Position numbers and translations under genes: made by a program
Source of the DNA: an uncultured Candidatus Rokubacteria bacterium
GTDB taxonomy: Bacteria > Methylomirabilota > Methylomirabilia > Rokubacteriales > CSP1-6
Assembly: GCA_963771355.1 (NCBI GenBank)
Contig: CAVYTA010000006.1
Location: forward strand, 352,001 to 416,000
Length of the DNA stretch: 64,000 nucleotides
Direction: 5' to 3'
The notes under the pieces: model-generated
The model's database searches: none
Told to the model about the DNA's origin: nothing
Seen by the model: the letters and a program-made list of their open reading frames with translations, nothing else
Shown: positions 10,142-19,846 of the stretch, in pieces
Layout of the letters: each line of letters starts with the position of its first letter
How positions within the stretch are numbered: the stretch's first letter is position 1

Positions 10142-10930
10142 ATGCCCGTCGTCTACGACAAGCGCGGTTCCCTCGGCCTCGTCACCTTGAGCCGCCCCCG
10201 GGCGCGCAATGCCTGGGGCCCGGACTTCAACGAGGGCCTCCTCCGCTCCTTCGCCGCCATGGAGGAGGACGACGAGATCCGCTGCGCCGTCCTCACCGGC
10301 GACGAGGCCGGCGGCGCCTTCTCGGCCGGCGCGAACCTGAAAGACCCGCAGACGCACACCATGGCGTCGGCGGGGGACTTCATCAAGAGCGTCGCCAAGC
10401 GGCGCGAGCGGGCGTTCGAGGTCCTGGACCGGTTCCCGAAGCCCATCATCGGCGCGGTGAACGGCTTCGCCGTCGGGATCGGCTGCATCGTGACCTTCTG
10501 CTGCGACCTGCTGGTGGCCTCCGAGCGGGCGGAGTGGCGGCTCCCGCAGGTGGCGCTCGGGATCCTGCCCGCCTATGGCGGGGCGGTGCGCCTGGCCCGC
10601 TGGGTGGGACGCGGTCACGCGATGCGCCTCACGCTCGGCTTCCCCCTCGGCGCCGAGGAGGCCCAGCGCATCGGTCTCGCCCAGTGGGTGGTGCCGCATG
10701 ACCGCCTCATGGACAAGGCGCTCGAGGTGGCCACCCACGTCGCCGGCCTGCCGCCGCTGGCCGCGCGGCTCGCCAAGGAGTCGCTGCTGCGCGGGCTGGA
10801 CGTCCCCAACCTGGCCGACGCGGCGCTGGTCGATCTCTACCGCTTCGCCACGCTCGAGCTCACCGAGGACAAGGCCGAGGGCCATGCCGCGTGGCGCGAG
10901 AAGCGCAAGCCCGTCTTCCGAGGCCGCTGA
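10142..10930 (+). CDS. Enoyl-CoA hydratase/isomerase (crotonase) family protein
   Basis: AFSAGANL, KPIIGAVNGFAVGIG, C-terminal REKRKPVFRG. Confidence 0.9.
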   Translation: MPVVYDKRGSLGLVTLSRPRARNAWGPDFNEGLLRSFAAMEEDDEIRCAVLTGDEAGGAFSAGANLKDPQTHTMASAGDFIKSVAKRRERAFEVLDRFPKPIIGAVNGFAVGIGCIVTFCCDLLVASERAEWRLPQVALGILPAYGGAVRLARWVGRGHAMRLTLGFPLGAEEAQRIGLAQWVVPHDRLMDKALEVATHVAGLPPLAARLAKESLLRGLDVPNLADAALVDLYRFATLELTEDKAEGHAAWREKRKPVFRGR

Positions 10931-10947
10931 GCCGAGAGGAGCCCCCG

Positions 10948-11886
10948 ATGCCGACCGTCACCCCGCCTCACAAAGTGCTCGCGTCCGGGCTTCGCTTTCC
11001 CGAAGGCCCGGTGGCGATGCCCGACGGCTCCGTCCTTCTGGTCGAGATCGAGCGCCGCACGCTCTCGCGTGTCACCCCGGACGGGAAGGTCCACGTGGTC
11101 GCCACGCTCGGCGGCGGCCCCAACGGGGCGGCCATGGGGCCGGGCGGCAAGATCTACGTGACCAATAACGGCGGGCTCAAGTTCGTCGAGCGTCCCGGCC
11201 GGCTGTTTCCGGTGCTGCAGGGCGACGACTACGTGGGCGGCAGCATCCAGATCGTGGATCCGGAGACCGGGAAGTTCGAGACCCTCTACGATCGCTGTGA
11301 CGGGCAGCGGCTCCGCGGCCCCAACGATCTCGTCTTCGACCGCGCGGGCGGGTTCTGGTTCACGGACCTGGGCAAGACGCGCGAGCGCGACGGCGACCGC
11401 GGCGCAGTCTACTATGCCAAGGCGGACGGGTCCATGATCCGCGAGGCGATCTTCCCCCTCGAGCGCCCGAACGGGATCGGGCTCTCGCCGGACGAGCGCA
11501 CCCTCTACGTGGTGGAGACGCCCACCGCACGGTGCTGGGCCTTCAAGCTCTCGGGACCAGGCGAGATCGAGTCGGCGAACGGCCCCTATCGCGGCGAGAA
11601 GGGCCGGGTGGTCGCCGGGCTGGGTGGCTATCAGATGTTCGACTCGCTGGCGGTGGATGGCGAGGGGCATATCTGCGTGGCGACCCTGATCACGGGGGCG
11701 GTGAGCGATATCTGGCCGGACGGGAGCCGCGTGGACCAGTACATGCTCCCCGACATGATGGTCACCAACGTCTGCTTCGGCGGCCCGGACCTGCGTACCG
11801 CGTACGCGACGCTCTCGATGGGCGGCACGCTCGTCTCGTTCGAGTGGCCGCGCCCCGGGCTGCCGCTGTCCTATCTCAACCGGTAG
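10948..11886 (+). CDS. SMP-30/gluconolactonase family protein
   Basis: GLRFPEGPV, GGPNGAA, GPNDLVFD, PNGIGLSPD, FDSLAVD; GAGAGGAG SD before ATG 10948. Confidence 0.9.
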   Translation: MPTVTPPHKVLASGLRFPEGPVAMPDGSVLLVEIERRTLSRVTPDGKVHVVATLGGGPNGAAMGPGGKIYVTNNGGLKFVERPGRLFPVLQGDDYVGGSIQIVDPETGKFETLYDRCDGQRLRGPNDLVFDRAGGFWFTDLGKTRERDGDRGAVYYAKADGSMIREAIFPLERPNGIGLSPDERTLYVVETPTARCWAFKLSGPGEIESANGPYRGEKGRVVAGLGGYQMFDSLAVDGEGHICVATLITGAVSDIWPDGSRVDQYMLPDMMVTNVCFGGPDLRTAYATLSMGGTLVSFEWPRPGLPLSYLNR

Positions 11887-11907
11887 TCATCGCCAGGAGA
11901 CCCCTCC

Positions 11908-12750
11908 ATGCACATCGTCGACTCGCAGGTGCACCTCTGGGCCGCCGAGAGCGCGAGCCGGCCGTGGCCCCCGGGCCGCGCCCCGGAGGCGCAGAAGCCG
12001 TACCAGATCCTCAAGGAGACGCTCCTCTTCCAGATGGATCTGGCGGGCGTGAGCCGCATGGTGCTGGTGCCGCCCTCCTGGGAAGGCGACCGGAACGACA
12101 TGGCGCTGGAGGCGGCGCGCTCCTACCCCGACCGCTTCGCGGTGATGGGCCGGCTCGCGCTCCAGGATCCGGCCAGCCGCGCGCTGGTGGCGGACTGGCG
12201 CAAGCAGGCCGGTATGCTCGGCATGCGCTTCACCTTCCACAACGAGCACTACCGCCACTTCCTCACCGACGGTACCGCCGACTGGCTGTGGCCCGCCGCC
12301 GAGAAGGCCGGCGTCCCGCTGATGGTCCTGGTGCCGGGCGCGCTCGATCACCTCGACCGGATCGCGGGGCGCCACCCCGGGCTCAAGCTCGTGATCGACC
12401 ACGTGGGGATCGCGGTGCGCGGCAAGGCGCCCAAGGTGTTCGAGGAGCTGCCCGCGGTGCTGGCCCTGGCCAAGCATCCGAACGTCGCGGTGAAGGCCTC
12501 GGGAATGCCCTCGCTCTCCGCCGAGCCCTACCCCTTCCGCGATCTGCACGGCGCGATCCGCTCGCTGGTGGATGCCTTCGGCCCGCGCCGCGTGTTCTGG
12601 GGCACGGACCTCACGCGCATGCCGTGCACGTACTACGAGTGCATCACGCTGTTCACCCAGCACCTGCCCTGGCTCAAGGGCGAGGACCTCGAGTGGGTGA
12701 TGGGACGCGGCGTCACGGAGTGGCTGGGCTGGCCGCTCCCGCGCGGGTGA
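11908..12750 (+). CDS. Amidohydrolase_2 family protein (lactonase-like)
   Basis: IVDSQVHLW, VIDHVG, FGPRRVFWGTD. Confidence 0.88.
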   Translation: MHIVDSQVHLWAAESASRPWPPGRAPEAQKPYQILKETLLFQMDLAGVSRMVLVPPSWEGDRNDMALEAARSYPDRFAVMGRLALQDPASRALVADWRKQAGMLGMRFTFHNEHYRHFLTDGTADWLWPAAEKAGVPLMVLVPGALDHLDRIAGRHPGLKLVIDHVGIAVRGKAPKVFEELPAVLALAKHPNVAVKASGMPSLSAEPYPFRDLHGAIRSLVDAFGPRRVFWGTDLTRMPCTYYECITLFTQHLPWLKGEDLEWVMGRGVTEWLGWPLPRG

Positions 12751-12769
12751 GTGTTGTATGCTCGCAGGG

Positions 12770-13819
12770 ATGCGATTCGGTCTCTTCTTCCAGGCGCCGG
12801 AGATGGCCGGCCGGACCCATGCCGAGCGCTTCGAGGAGCTCTTCCAGCTCGCCGAGCTGGCCGAGTCGCTGGGCTTCGACACCGCCTGGCTGGCGGAGAT
12901 CCACTTCGGCGGCGCCTTCTCGCTGCTGTCCAACCCGCTGATGGTGGTGCCGGCCATCGCTCAGCGCACGCGCCGTCTCCGCATCGGGACCGCCGTGACC
13001 CTGCTCCCGCTGCACCATCCGCTCGCCTGCGCGGAGCAGGCCGCCACCGCCGACCTCCTCTCCGGCGGCCGGCTGGAGTTCGGAGTGGGGCGCGGCTCCA
13101 TCCCCAGCCAGTTCCACGGCTTTCGCGTGCCGGTGGCGGAGAACCGTGCGCGCTTCGACGAGTGCCTGGAGATCATCCGGCTCGCGTGGACCCAGGAGCG
13201 ATTCAGCTACCACGGCGCGTTCTACGACGTGGACAACCTCTCCGTGACGCCCCGGCCGCTGCAGCGGCCGCACCCGCCCATCCGGGTGGCGGTGCACAGC
13301 CAGGAGAGCTTCGCTCATATCGGCGACCGGGGGCTCCCCATCTACTCGGGCACCACCACCACGCCCTTGCCCCTTCTCCGCGAGTGCATGGCGACCTATC
13401 GCGCCCGGCTCGCGGCGGGCGGGCATGCGTGGGGGCCGGACCAGATGGCGCTGATGCTGCCGATACACGTGGGCGCCACCAGCGCCGCCGCGCGGGAGGC
13501 GATGCGGCCCGGCGTGCGCCGGTACTACGAGAATCTCGAGACCATCTTCTCGAGCCTCCCCGACTCCTACGGCGAGCACCTGCCGCGGCTCAAGATCATC
13601 CGCGAGACGCTGGCCAATCTCCCGTTCGAGAAGTTCTGCCGCGACCAGGCGGTGTTCGGCGACGCCGCGGAGGTGGTCGAGCGCCTGCAGGCGGTCCGCG
13701 AGGAGTTCGGGTTGTCGGAGATCATCGGCTGGTTCGATCAGGGCGCCATGCTGCCGCGGGACGAGGTGGAGCGCTCCATGCGCCGCTTCGCCGAGCAAGT
13801 GATGCCGAAACTCAGCTAG
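12770..13819 (+). CDS. LLM-class flavin-dependent oxidoreductase
   Basis: MRFGLFF...WLAEIHF...IGTAVTLLPLHHP...GRLEFGVGRG. Confidence 0.9.
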   Translation: MRFGLFFQAPEMAGRTHAERFEELFQLAELAESLGFDTAWLAEIHFGGAFSLLSNPLMVVPAIAQRTRRLRIGTAVTLLPLHHPLACAEQAATADLLSGGRLEFGVGRGSIPSQFHGFRVPVAENRARFDECLEIIRLAWTQERFSYHGAFYDVDNLSVTPRPLQRPHPPIRVAVHSQESFAHIGDRGLPIYSGTTTTPLPLLRECMATYRARLAAGGHAWGPDQMALMLPIHVGATSAAAREAMRPGVRRYYENLETIFSSLPDSYGEHLPRLKIIRETLANLPFEKFCRDQAVFGDAAEVVERLQAVREEFGLSEIIGWFDQGAMLPRDEVERSMRRFAEQVMPKLS

Positions 13820-13833
13820 GGGAGAGGACTCAC

Positions 13834-14166
13834 ATGGCCGGAGCCGGGATGATCCAGGTGAAGACGAGCACCTTCGACGAGCAGGTCACCGCCAGCAAGG
13901 GACCGCTCCTGCTCGACTTCTGGGCGGAGTGGTGCGTGCCGTGCAAGGCGCTCGCGCCCGTGCTGGACGCGCTCGCCCAGGAGATGGCAGGGCAGGCGGT
14001 CATCGGCAAGCTCAATGTCGAGGAGGAGCCGACCATCGCCGACAAGTTCGGCGTGAAGGCGCTGCCCTCCCTGCTCTTCTTCAAGGACGGCAAGCTCGTG
14101 GACACCCTGGTGGGCCGCGTACCCAAGGCGGTGATCCAGAAGAAGCTGCAGGAGCTCAGCGGGTAG
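13834..14166 (+). CDS. trxA: Thioredoxin
   Basis: LLDFWAEWCVPCK, about 110 aa, SD GGAGAGG before ATG 13834. Confidence 0.9.
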   Translation: MAGAGMIQVKTSTFDEQVTASKGPLLLDFWAEWCVPCKALAPVLDALAQEMAGQAVIGKLNVEEEPTIADKFGVKALPSLLFFKDGKLVDTLVGRVPKAVIQKKLQELSG

Positions 14167-15316
14167 GCGGCTCCACCCGGAGCACCCGGCCGCGGGAGCT
14201 GTCGGTGAGCAGATAGATGGTGCCGTCCGGAGCCTGGCGCACGTCCCGGATGCGCTCGCCCAGCTCGGCGAGGTAGCGCTCCTCCAGGACCACGCGGCCC
14301 GCCTCGAGCCGGACCCGCACCAGGGCGCCGGGTCGCAGCGAGCCTACCAGCAGGTCGCCCTTCCAGTCGGGGAACGCGTCGCCCGTGTAAAAGGTCGCGC
14401 CCGAGGGCGCGATCACCGGATCCCAGTAGTACATCGGCTGCTCCATGCCGGGCTGGGCCGTTCCCACCCCGATACGGGCGCCCGAGTAGTCGAGGCCATA
14501 GGTGATGACGGGCCAGCCGTAGTTCTTGCCCGGCTGCGGGTTGTTGAGCTCGTCGCCGCCCCGCGCGCCGTGCTCCACCGTCCACAGCTGTCCGCGCGCG
14601 TCCAGCGCGGCGGCCTGAATATTGCGGTGGCCATAGGACCAGATGTCGGGCCGGGCGCCCTCGCGACCGACGAAGGGATTGTCGCGCGGGACGGAGCCGT
14701 CGGCGTTGATGCGCACGATCTTGCCCAGGGTGGTGGAGAGATCCTGCGCACGCTCGGGATAGTGGTACCGGTCGCCCAGGGTGACGAACAGCGTGCCGTC
14801 GGGCCGGAAGACGAGCCGCGAGCCCCAGTGATTCGGGCCCGTCACCTTGGGCACCTGGCGCCAGATCACCTGGGTGCCCTCGAGCCCGCGCTCCCCGAGC
14901 CGGCCGCGCGCCACCGCGGTACCGGCGCCGCCATCGCCGGGCTCGGAGAAGGCCAGATAGACGAGCCGGTCCTGGGCGAAGCCGGGGCTGAGCTCCACGT
15001 CGAGCAACCCGCCCTGACCGCGCGCGTACACCTCGGGCACCCCGGCCAGCGGGTCCGAGAGCTTGCCGTCGCGGCCGATCAGGCGCAGCCGCCCCGGCCG
15101 CTCGGTGACGATCATGCGCCCATCGGGGAGGAACTCGAGGCCCCACGGATGCTCGAGGCCCCGCGCGACGTCGGTGACGCGCGCGTTCAGCTTCAGGGGC
15201 TTCGGCGTCGGGGAGCGCGGCGCCTCTTGGGCAACGGCGGGGGCAACAACGGGGGCAACGGCGATGGGACCAACGGCGAGTGCGGCGACGGCGATCAGCG
15301 TGAGGAGTGCCGGCAC
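14156..15316 (-). CDS. PQQ-dependent sugar (aldose) dehydrogenase, YliI/Asd-like, secreted
   Basis: Signal peptide; GLEHPWGLEFLPDG, GQGGLLDV, HWGSRL, SYGHRNIQ, EHGARGGDELN. Start uncertain (GTG 15316 or ATG 15367). Confidence 0.88.
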   Translation of the reverse strand: MPALLTLIAVAALAVGPIAVAPVVAPAVAQEAPRSPTPKPLKLNARVTDVARGLEHPWGLEFLPDGRMIVTERPGRLRLIGRDGKLSDPLAGVPEVYARGQGGLLDVELSPGFAQDRLVYLAFSEPGDGGAGTAVARGRLGERGLEGTQVIWRQVPKVTGPNHWGSRLVFRPDGTLFVTLGDRYHYPERAQDLSTTLGKIVRINADGSVPRDNPFVGREGARPDIWSYGHRNIQAAALDARGQLWTVEHGARGGDELNNPQPGKNYGWPVITYGLDYSGARIGVGTAQPGMEQPMYYWDPVIAPSGATFYTGDAFPDWKGDLLVGSLRPGALVRVRLEAGRVVLEERYLAELGERIRDVRQAPDGTIYLLTDSSRGRVLRVEPPTR

Positions 15317-15335
15317 GGTAAGCGATCGGGCCCGG

Positions 15336-15530
15336 CTATGACGGCGCGGGGGGCTCGACGGGCTCATATCCGGCGCACTCGCGGACGGGCAGGCGCGGAT
15401 ACCGGGGGAACCGTGGATCGGTAGCCGCGCGCCCGCAGAGGTAGAAGACCGATCCGCGCTCCGACTCCACCCGGCGCGTGTGGCGGCAGCTCGCGCATAG
15501 TCCGATGGTATCAGCCTGCGCAAGCGGCAC
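15336..15530 (-). CDS. Small four-cysteine hypothetical protein (64 aa)
   Basis: GTG 15530 lies just after the LLM stop; ...GLCASCRHTRRVESERGSVFYLCGRAATDPRFPRYPRLPVRECAGYEP; fills the gap between two same-strand genes. Confidence 0.65.
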   Translation of the reverse strand: MPLAQADTIGLCASCRHTRRVESERGSVFYLCGRAATDPRFPRYPRLPVRECAGYEPVEPPAPS

Positions 15531-15535
15531 GTCCG

Positions 15536-16483
15536 TCAGCGGGTCCTGAGGCGCGGCAGCAGGCGGGTCGCGGTCTCGTCCACCTGGGCGAGCTGGTCGC
15601 CGCCGGCGAAGCGGATCATGAGGTGGCGGCAGCCGGCCGCGATCCAGCGCTGCAGCCACTCCACGCAGCCCTCGAGGGGACCCGCATAGGTGGCCTGGCG
15701 CGCCATGATCGCGCGCGCGGGCGCCGCGTAGTAGGTCTCGAGGAAACCGTGAAGCCGGCGCTCGGCGGCGGCGACGTCGGGGTCGAGCGCGAGCGTGACA
15801 TAGGCCGCGCCGGTGACGGCATCCGCCGGACGGCCGGCGGCGCGGGCGGCGGCCTGGATGAGGGGAAACTGCTCCGCGAAGAATTCCACGTGGGGGCCGG
15901 TGGGGAACCAGGCGTCGAAGCGGGCGGCCTCGCGCAGCGCGGTGGGTCCGCTGCCGCCGATCCAGATGGGCGGCCCGCCGGGGCGGTGCGGCTTCGGCTC
16001 CATGGTCACGTCCTCGAGCGTGAAGTGCTTGCCGCGGAAGCTGATGCCGTCACGGCTCCAGAGGGCGCGGCAGATCTCGAGCGTCTCGAGAAAGCGCCCC
16101 ACGCGGCGCTCGAAGGGCACGCCCGCCGCCGCGAACTCTTTTCGGATCGGCGGCGCGTCGGCGGCGATACCGACGCCGAGAATCAGGCGCCCCTCCGCCA
16201 CGCGGTCCAGGGTCCCGATGATATGCGCGAGCACCACCGGGGGGCGCAGCGCGGGCAGGAGCACGGCGGTGCCGAGGCGCACCCGCCGCGTGCGGCCGGC
16301 CACCGCGGCCAGGAGCGTGAGCGGCTCGTGACGCGGGCGCGCGGTGAGGGAGTCGCCGATCCACACGGAGTCGAAGCCGCCGCCTTCCGCGCGCTCGGCC
16401 ATGGCCAGCAGCGGCCCCGTCTCCATGCGTCCGGACATCACCGCCTCACGGGTGGGCAGCAGGACGCCGAACTCGGTCGCCAT
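15536..16483 (-). CDS. LLM-class oxidoreductase
   Basis: EFGVLLPTRE, GFDSVWIGDS, LGTAVLLPALR, PPIWIGGSG. Confidence 0.9.
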   Translation of the reverse strand: MATEFGVLLPTREAVMSGRMETGPLLAMAERAEGGGFDSVWIGDSLTARPRHEPLTLLAAVAGRTRRVRLGTAVLLPALRPPVVLAHIIGTLDRVAEGRLILGVGIAADAPPIRKEFAAAGVPFERRVGRFLETLEICRALWSRDGISFRGKHFTLEDVTMEPKPHRPGGPPIWIGGSGPTALREAARFDAWFPTGPHVEFFAEQFPLIQAAARAAGRPADAVTGAAYVTLALDPDVAAAERRLHGFLETYYAAPARAIMARQATYAGPLEGCVEWLQRWIAAGCRHLMIRFAGGDQLAQVDETATRLLPRLRTR

Positions 16484-16497
16484 GGACGGCGTTCCGC

Positions 16498-17688
16498 TCA
16501 GAACGTGACCGGCAGCGCCGCGAGCCCACGCAGGGTCAGGCTCTGGCGAAACTCGGGCCGGTCGGTGGCCAGGGCTAGCCGGGGCAGCTTCCGGATGAGG
16601 GTATTGATGGCGATCTGGCCCTCGACGCGCGCGAGCGGCGCGCCCAGGCAGAAGTGAATGCCCCAGCCGAAGGCGATGTGGCGGTTGTCGGCCCGGCCGA
16701 TGTCGAGACGGTCGGGGTCGGGGAACTGGACGGGGTCCCGGTCGGCGGCGCCGATGAAGGGCATCACCATCTCGCCCTTGCCGATGGTCTTGCTTCCGAT
16801 GGTGATGTCCTCGCTGGGAATGCGCGCGGTGCGCTGCACCGGCCCGTCGTAGCGCAGCAGCTCCTCCACCGCGCTCCCGATGAGCCCGGGATCTTCCCGC
16901 AGCCGCCGGAGCTGGCCCGGATGCCGGAGCAGGGCCAGGGTGCCGTTGCCGATCAGGTTCACCGTGGTCTCGTGGCCCGCGAGCAGCAGCAGGATGCAGG
17001 TGGCCATCAGCTCGTCGGTGGAGAGCTTGTCACCCGCCTCCTCGGCGGCGATCAGGCCGGTGAGCATGTCGTCGCGCGGATGCGCGCGGCGCTCGGCGAT
17101 GAGCTCGCGGAAATAGGCGGACAGCGCGCGCCGCGACTCGATGCTCCGCACCGCCACTTCCGACTCCGGCGGCAGCATGATGGAGTCCAGCCCGCGCGCC
17201 ACGTCGAGCCCCCAGCCCTTGAAGCGCTCGTGGTCCGCCAGCGGGACGCCCAGCATCTCGCAGATCACGACCACGGGCAGGGGATAGGCGAATTCCTCGA
17301 TCAGGTCCATCTGGTGGGCGCCCGCCACCTTGTCGAGCAGCCCGTCCACGATCTGCTGGATGCGCGGGCGTAGCTGCTCCACCATCCGGGGCGTGAAGGC
17401 CTTGCTGACGAGGCCGCGGAGGCGCGTGTGATCGGGTGGATCGCGGTCCAGCATGGACAGCCCGAGGCCAGGCGGAGTCTGGCCGAGGCGCGCGGCCACG
17501 AAGGCGGCGATCGGCTCCTTGATCAGCCGCGGATCCCGCAGCGACCACACCACGTCCTCGTACCGGCTGAGCACCCAGAAGCCCAGAGGGCTATGGTGCA
17601 CGGGATCCTCGGCGCGCAGGCGATGGTAGGTCGGATAGGGATCCGCCACGAATTCCGGATCCATGGGATTGAACTGCATCTCGGCCAC
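16498..17688 (-). CDS. Cytochrome P450
   Basis: DPPDHTRLR, I-helix AGHETT, EELLR (ExxR), heme motif FGWGIHFCLG. Start GTG 17688 or ATG 17679; a separate gene from the upstream AKR. Confidence 0.93.
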   Translation of the reverse strand: MAEMQFNPMDPEFVADPYPTYHRLRAEDPVHHSPLGFWVLSRYEDVVWSLRDPRLIKEPIAAFVAARLGQTPPGLGLSMLDRDPPDHTRLRGLVSKAFTPRMVEQLRPRIQQIVDGLLDKVAGAHQMDLIEEFAYPLPVVVICEMLGVPLADHERFKGWGLDVARGLDSIMLPPESEVAVRSIESRRALSAYFRELIAERRAHPRDDMLTGLIAAEEAGDKLSTDELMATCILLLLAGHETTVNLIGNGTLALLRHPGQLRRLREDPGLIGSAVEELLRYDGPVQRTARIPSEDITIGSKTIGKGEMVMPFIGAADRDPVQFPDPDRLDIGRADNRHIAFGWGIHFCLGAPLARVEGQIAINTLIRKLPRLALATDRPEFRQSLTLRGLAALPVTF

Positions 17689-17693
17689 GGCGG

Positions 17694-18663
17694 CTAGCCT
17701 TCCTTCCAGGCGCTGGCGCGGTCGAGCGACGCGCGGGCTTCCTCGTCCAGCTTCAGCGTCGACGCCACCCACCAGCTCCTTGAGCTGGCTCACCGACGTG
17801 GCGCTGGCGATGGGCGCGGTGATGCCGGGACGATGCGCCAGCCAGGACAGCGCCACCTGGGCGGGCGTGGCGTTGAGCTTCACCGCCACCTTCTCCACCG
17901 CTTCCATGATGGCGAAGCCGCGGTCGGTCATGTAGGCCTTCTGCACGCCGGCCGCCCGCGCGGTGGTCGGGAGCTCCGCCCCGCGGCGATACTTGCCGGA
18001 GAGGAAGCCGCTGCCCAGCGAGGAGTAGGGGATGACGCCCACGCCCTGCTCGAGGCAGAGCGGCTCCAGCTCGCGCTCGTACTCGTCGCGGAAGACGAGG
18101 TTGTACTTGGGCTGCAGCGACTCGTAGCGCGCGAAGTCGCGCTTGTCGCTTTCCCAGAGCGCGCGGGTGAGGCGCCACGCCACGTAGTTGGAGGCGCCCA
18201 GATAGCGCACCTTGCCCTGGCGCACGAGGTCGTCGAAGGCGCGGAGCGTTTCCTCGAGCGGCGTGTCGCGGTCGTCCCAGTGCGCCTGGTAGAGATCGAG
18301 ATAGTCGGTCTGGAGCCGGCGGAGGGAGGCCTCGACGCCTTCCATGATGTGCTGCCGCGAGAGCCCGCTATCGTTGGGGCCCGGGCCCATGGGGCCCATG
18401 ACCTTGCTGGCCATGACCACCGCGTGCCGGTTCTTGCGCGCCGCCATCCAGATGCCCAGCGCGGTCTCCGACTCGCCGCCCTTGTTGCCGGGCGCCCAGC
18501 GCGAGTAGACGTCGGCGGTGTCGATGAAGTTGCCGCCCGCCTCCATGTAGGCGTCCAGCACGATCTCCGACGCCTTCTGGTCCGTGGTCCACCCGAAGGT
18601 ATTGCCGCCGAGACAGAGGGCGGCCACCTTGAGCCCGGTGCGACCCAGCTTACGCATCTCCAT
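17694..18663 (-). CDS. Aldo/keto reductase (with +1 frameshift near 17762-17766)
   Basis: MEMRKLGRTGLKV...LCLGGNTFG...FIDTADVY...SLRRLQTDYLDLYQAH. Removing one base gives a natural C-terminus ...TLKLDEEARASLDRASAWKEG-TAG(17694); span 970 = 3n+1. Confidence 0.88.
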
Positions 18664-19391
18664 GAACGGTCTCCTTGATGAGCTGGTGCTCGTGCAGCGC
18701 GGACAGGATCTCATCGATCCCCGCCGACGCCCAGAGCCACCAGAAGGGCGATTGCTGGAGGGCTCCCCAGTCGCGGATGAAGCGCGGCCAGGCTTTTTCT
18801 TTGGTCTCGCCCGGCTGTGGGACCTGCATGGCCCTCGCGAGTCGCTCCTTGTGATAGAGGCGTGGGAATTCCGTGTAGTGGTACAGGTATTCGAAGTCTC
18901 GGGTGAAGAAGGCGGCGACGGGGACGGACTGGAAGGTCTGCCCGTCTCGCTCGAAGAGGAACGCGTTCATGAGGTCGGCATTGGGCGAGTCCGCGGGATT
19001 CGCCCGCGGCTCGCGACCGACCGTTTCCCCGTCGCGCGTGAAGATCCGGAGCTCGAGCCCCCCGGCCTCGGCCAGCCGCGCCAGCATGGGCACGTCGCGC
19101 CGGCAATCCGACGACCACTCCTCCGAGATCACCAGGATCCGCGCCGGGCCGTGGGGCTGGGCGGCCAGCCACCGGATCGCGGCGGTCTGGGCCTCGCTGA
19201 GCCGCGCGCGTTCGTACCACGCGCGCAGGGGGCCGCTGAAGTCGTGGCGCTGCGGGCCGAGCCACCAGCCCGCCTCGCGCGCGAGATTCTCGGAGCGTGC
19301 CGATGAAGTCGAGGTACTGCGCGATGGTCATCCCGCGGGCGAAGCGCTCCGGGGTGACGACGCCGCGCGCCTCCACCGCCACCGTGGTCAC
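18650..19391 (-). CDS. Thioredoxin-like protein with WSSDC (SxxC) site (with +1 frameshift near 19294)
   Basis: MTTVAVEARGVVTPERFARGMT...FIGT joins (P)ENLAREAGWW...ILVISEEWSSDCRRDVP after removing one base; span 742 = 3n+1; GTGA overlap with the upstream gene. Confidence 0.8.
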
Positions 19392-19795
19392 TTCCCCCGG
19401 CCGCCCTTGACCTCGAGGAGCGCGGAGAGCCCTCGATGGAAGGTAGGCGCGCCGCCCGGGATCATGCAGGTCTCCAGCACCTCGAACAGCTCCTCGCGAG
19501 TGGCGCCGAAGCGGATGGCGCGCTCCATGTGCGCGACCAGCCCGGCCTTCTCGCCTCCGCGAAAGGCCAGCAGCGCGATGGCCACGAACTCGCGCACCTT
19601 GGCGGAGACGTGCTTGCCCTCGCCGAGGCCCAGCTCGTAGATCCGGTTATAGGTCTCGACGAACTCCGGGTCCTGCCGGGCCGCGAACTCCCATTCCGGG
19701 TAGATATAGCCGCGCGCCTTCTTCATGCGCGCGATCAGCGCGTCCGCCTTCTGGGCCGTGCCATTGTCGGAGCCGATCCGCTTGCGTGTCGCCAT
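19388..19795 (-). CDS. Carboxymuconolactone decarboxylase/AhpD-like family protein (no CxxC)
   Basis: SAKVREFVAIALLA...HMERAIRFGATREELFEVL; AGGAGG SD. Confidence 0.85.
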   Translation of the reverse strand: MATRKRIGSDNGTAQKADALIARMKKARGYIYPEWEFAARQDPEFVETYNRIYELGLGEGKHVSAKVREFVAIALLAFRGGEKAGLVAHMERAIRFGATREELFEVLETCMIPGGAPTFHRGLSALLEVKGGRGK

Positions 19796-19846
19796 CTGAG
19801 CACCTCCTGGGCCAGACGTGTATCATACCCGGCCGGAGGCCGTCGG

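Noticed and set aside
16498..18714. 738-aa aldo-keto reductase-cytochrome P450 fusion in the ORF track
   Set aside because: The linker (DAEAGRGSPRVARPRQR) is out-of-frame sequence. A one-base correction restores a normal AKR C-terminus with TAG at 17694, followed by a separate P450 start.
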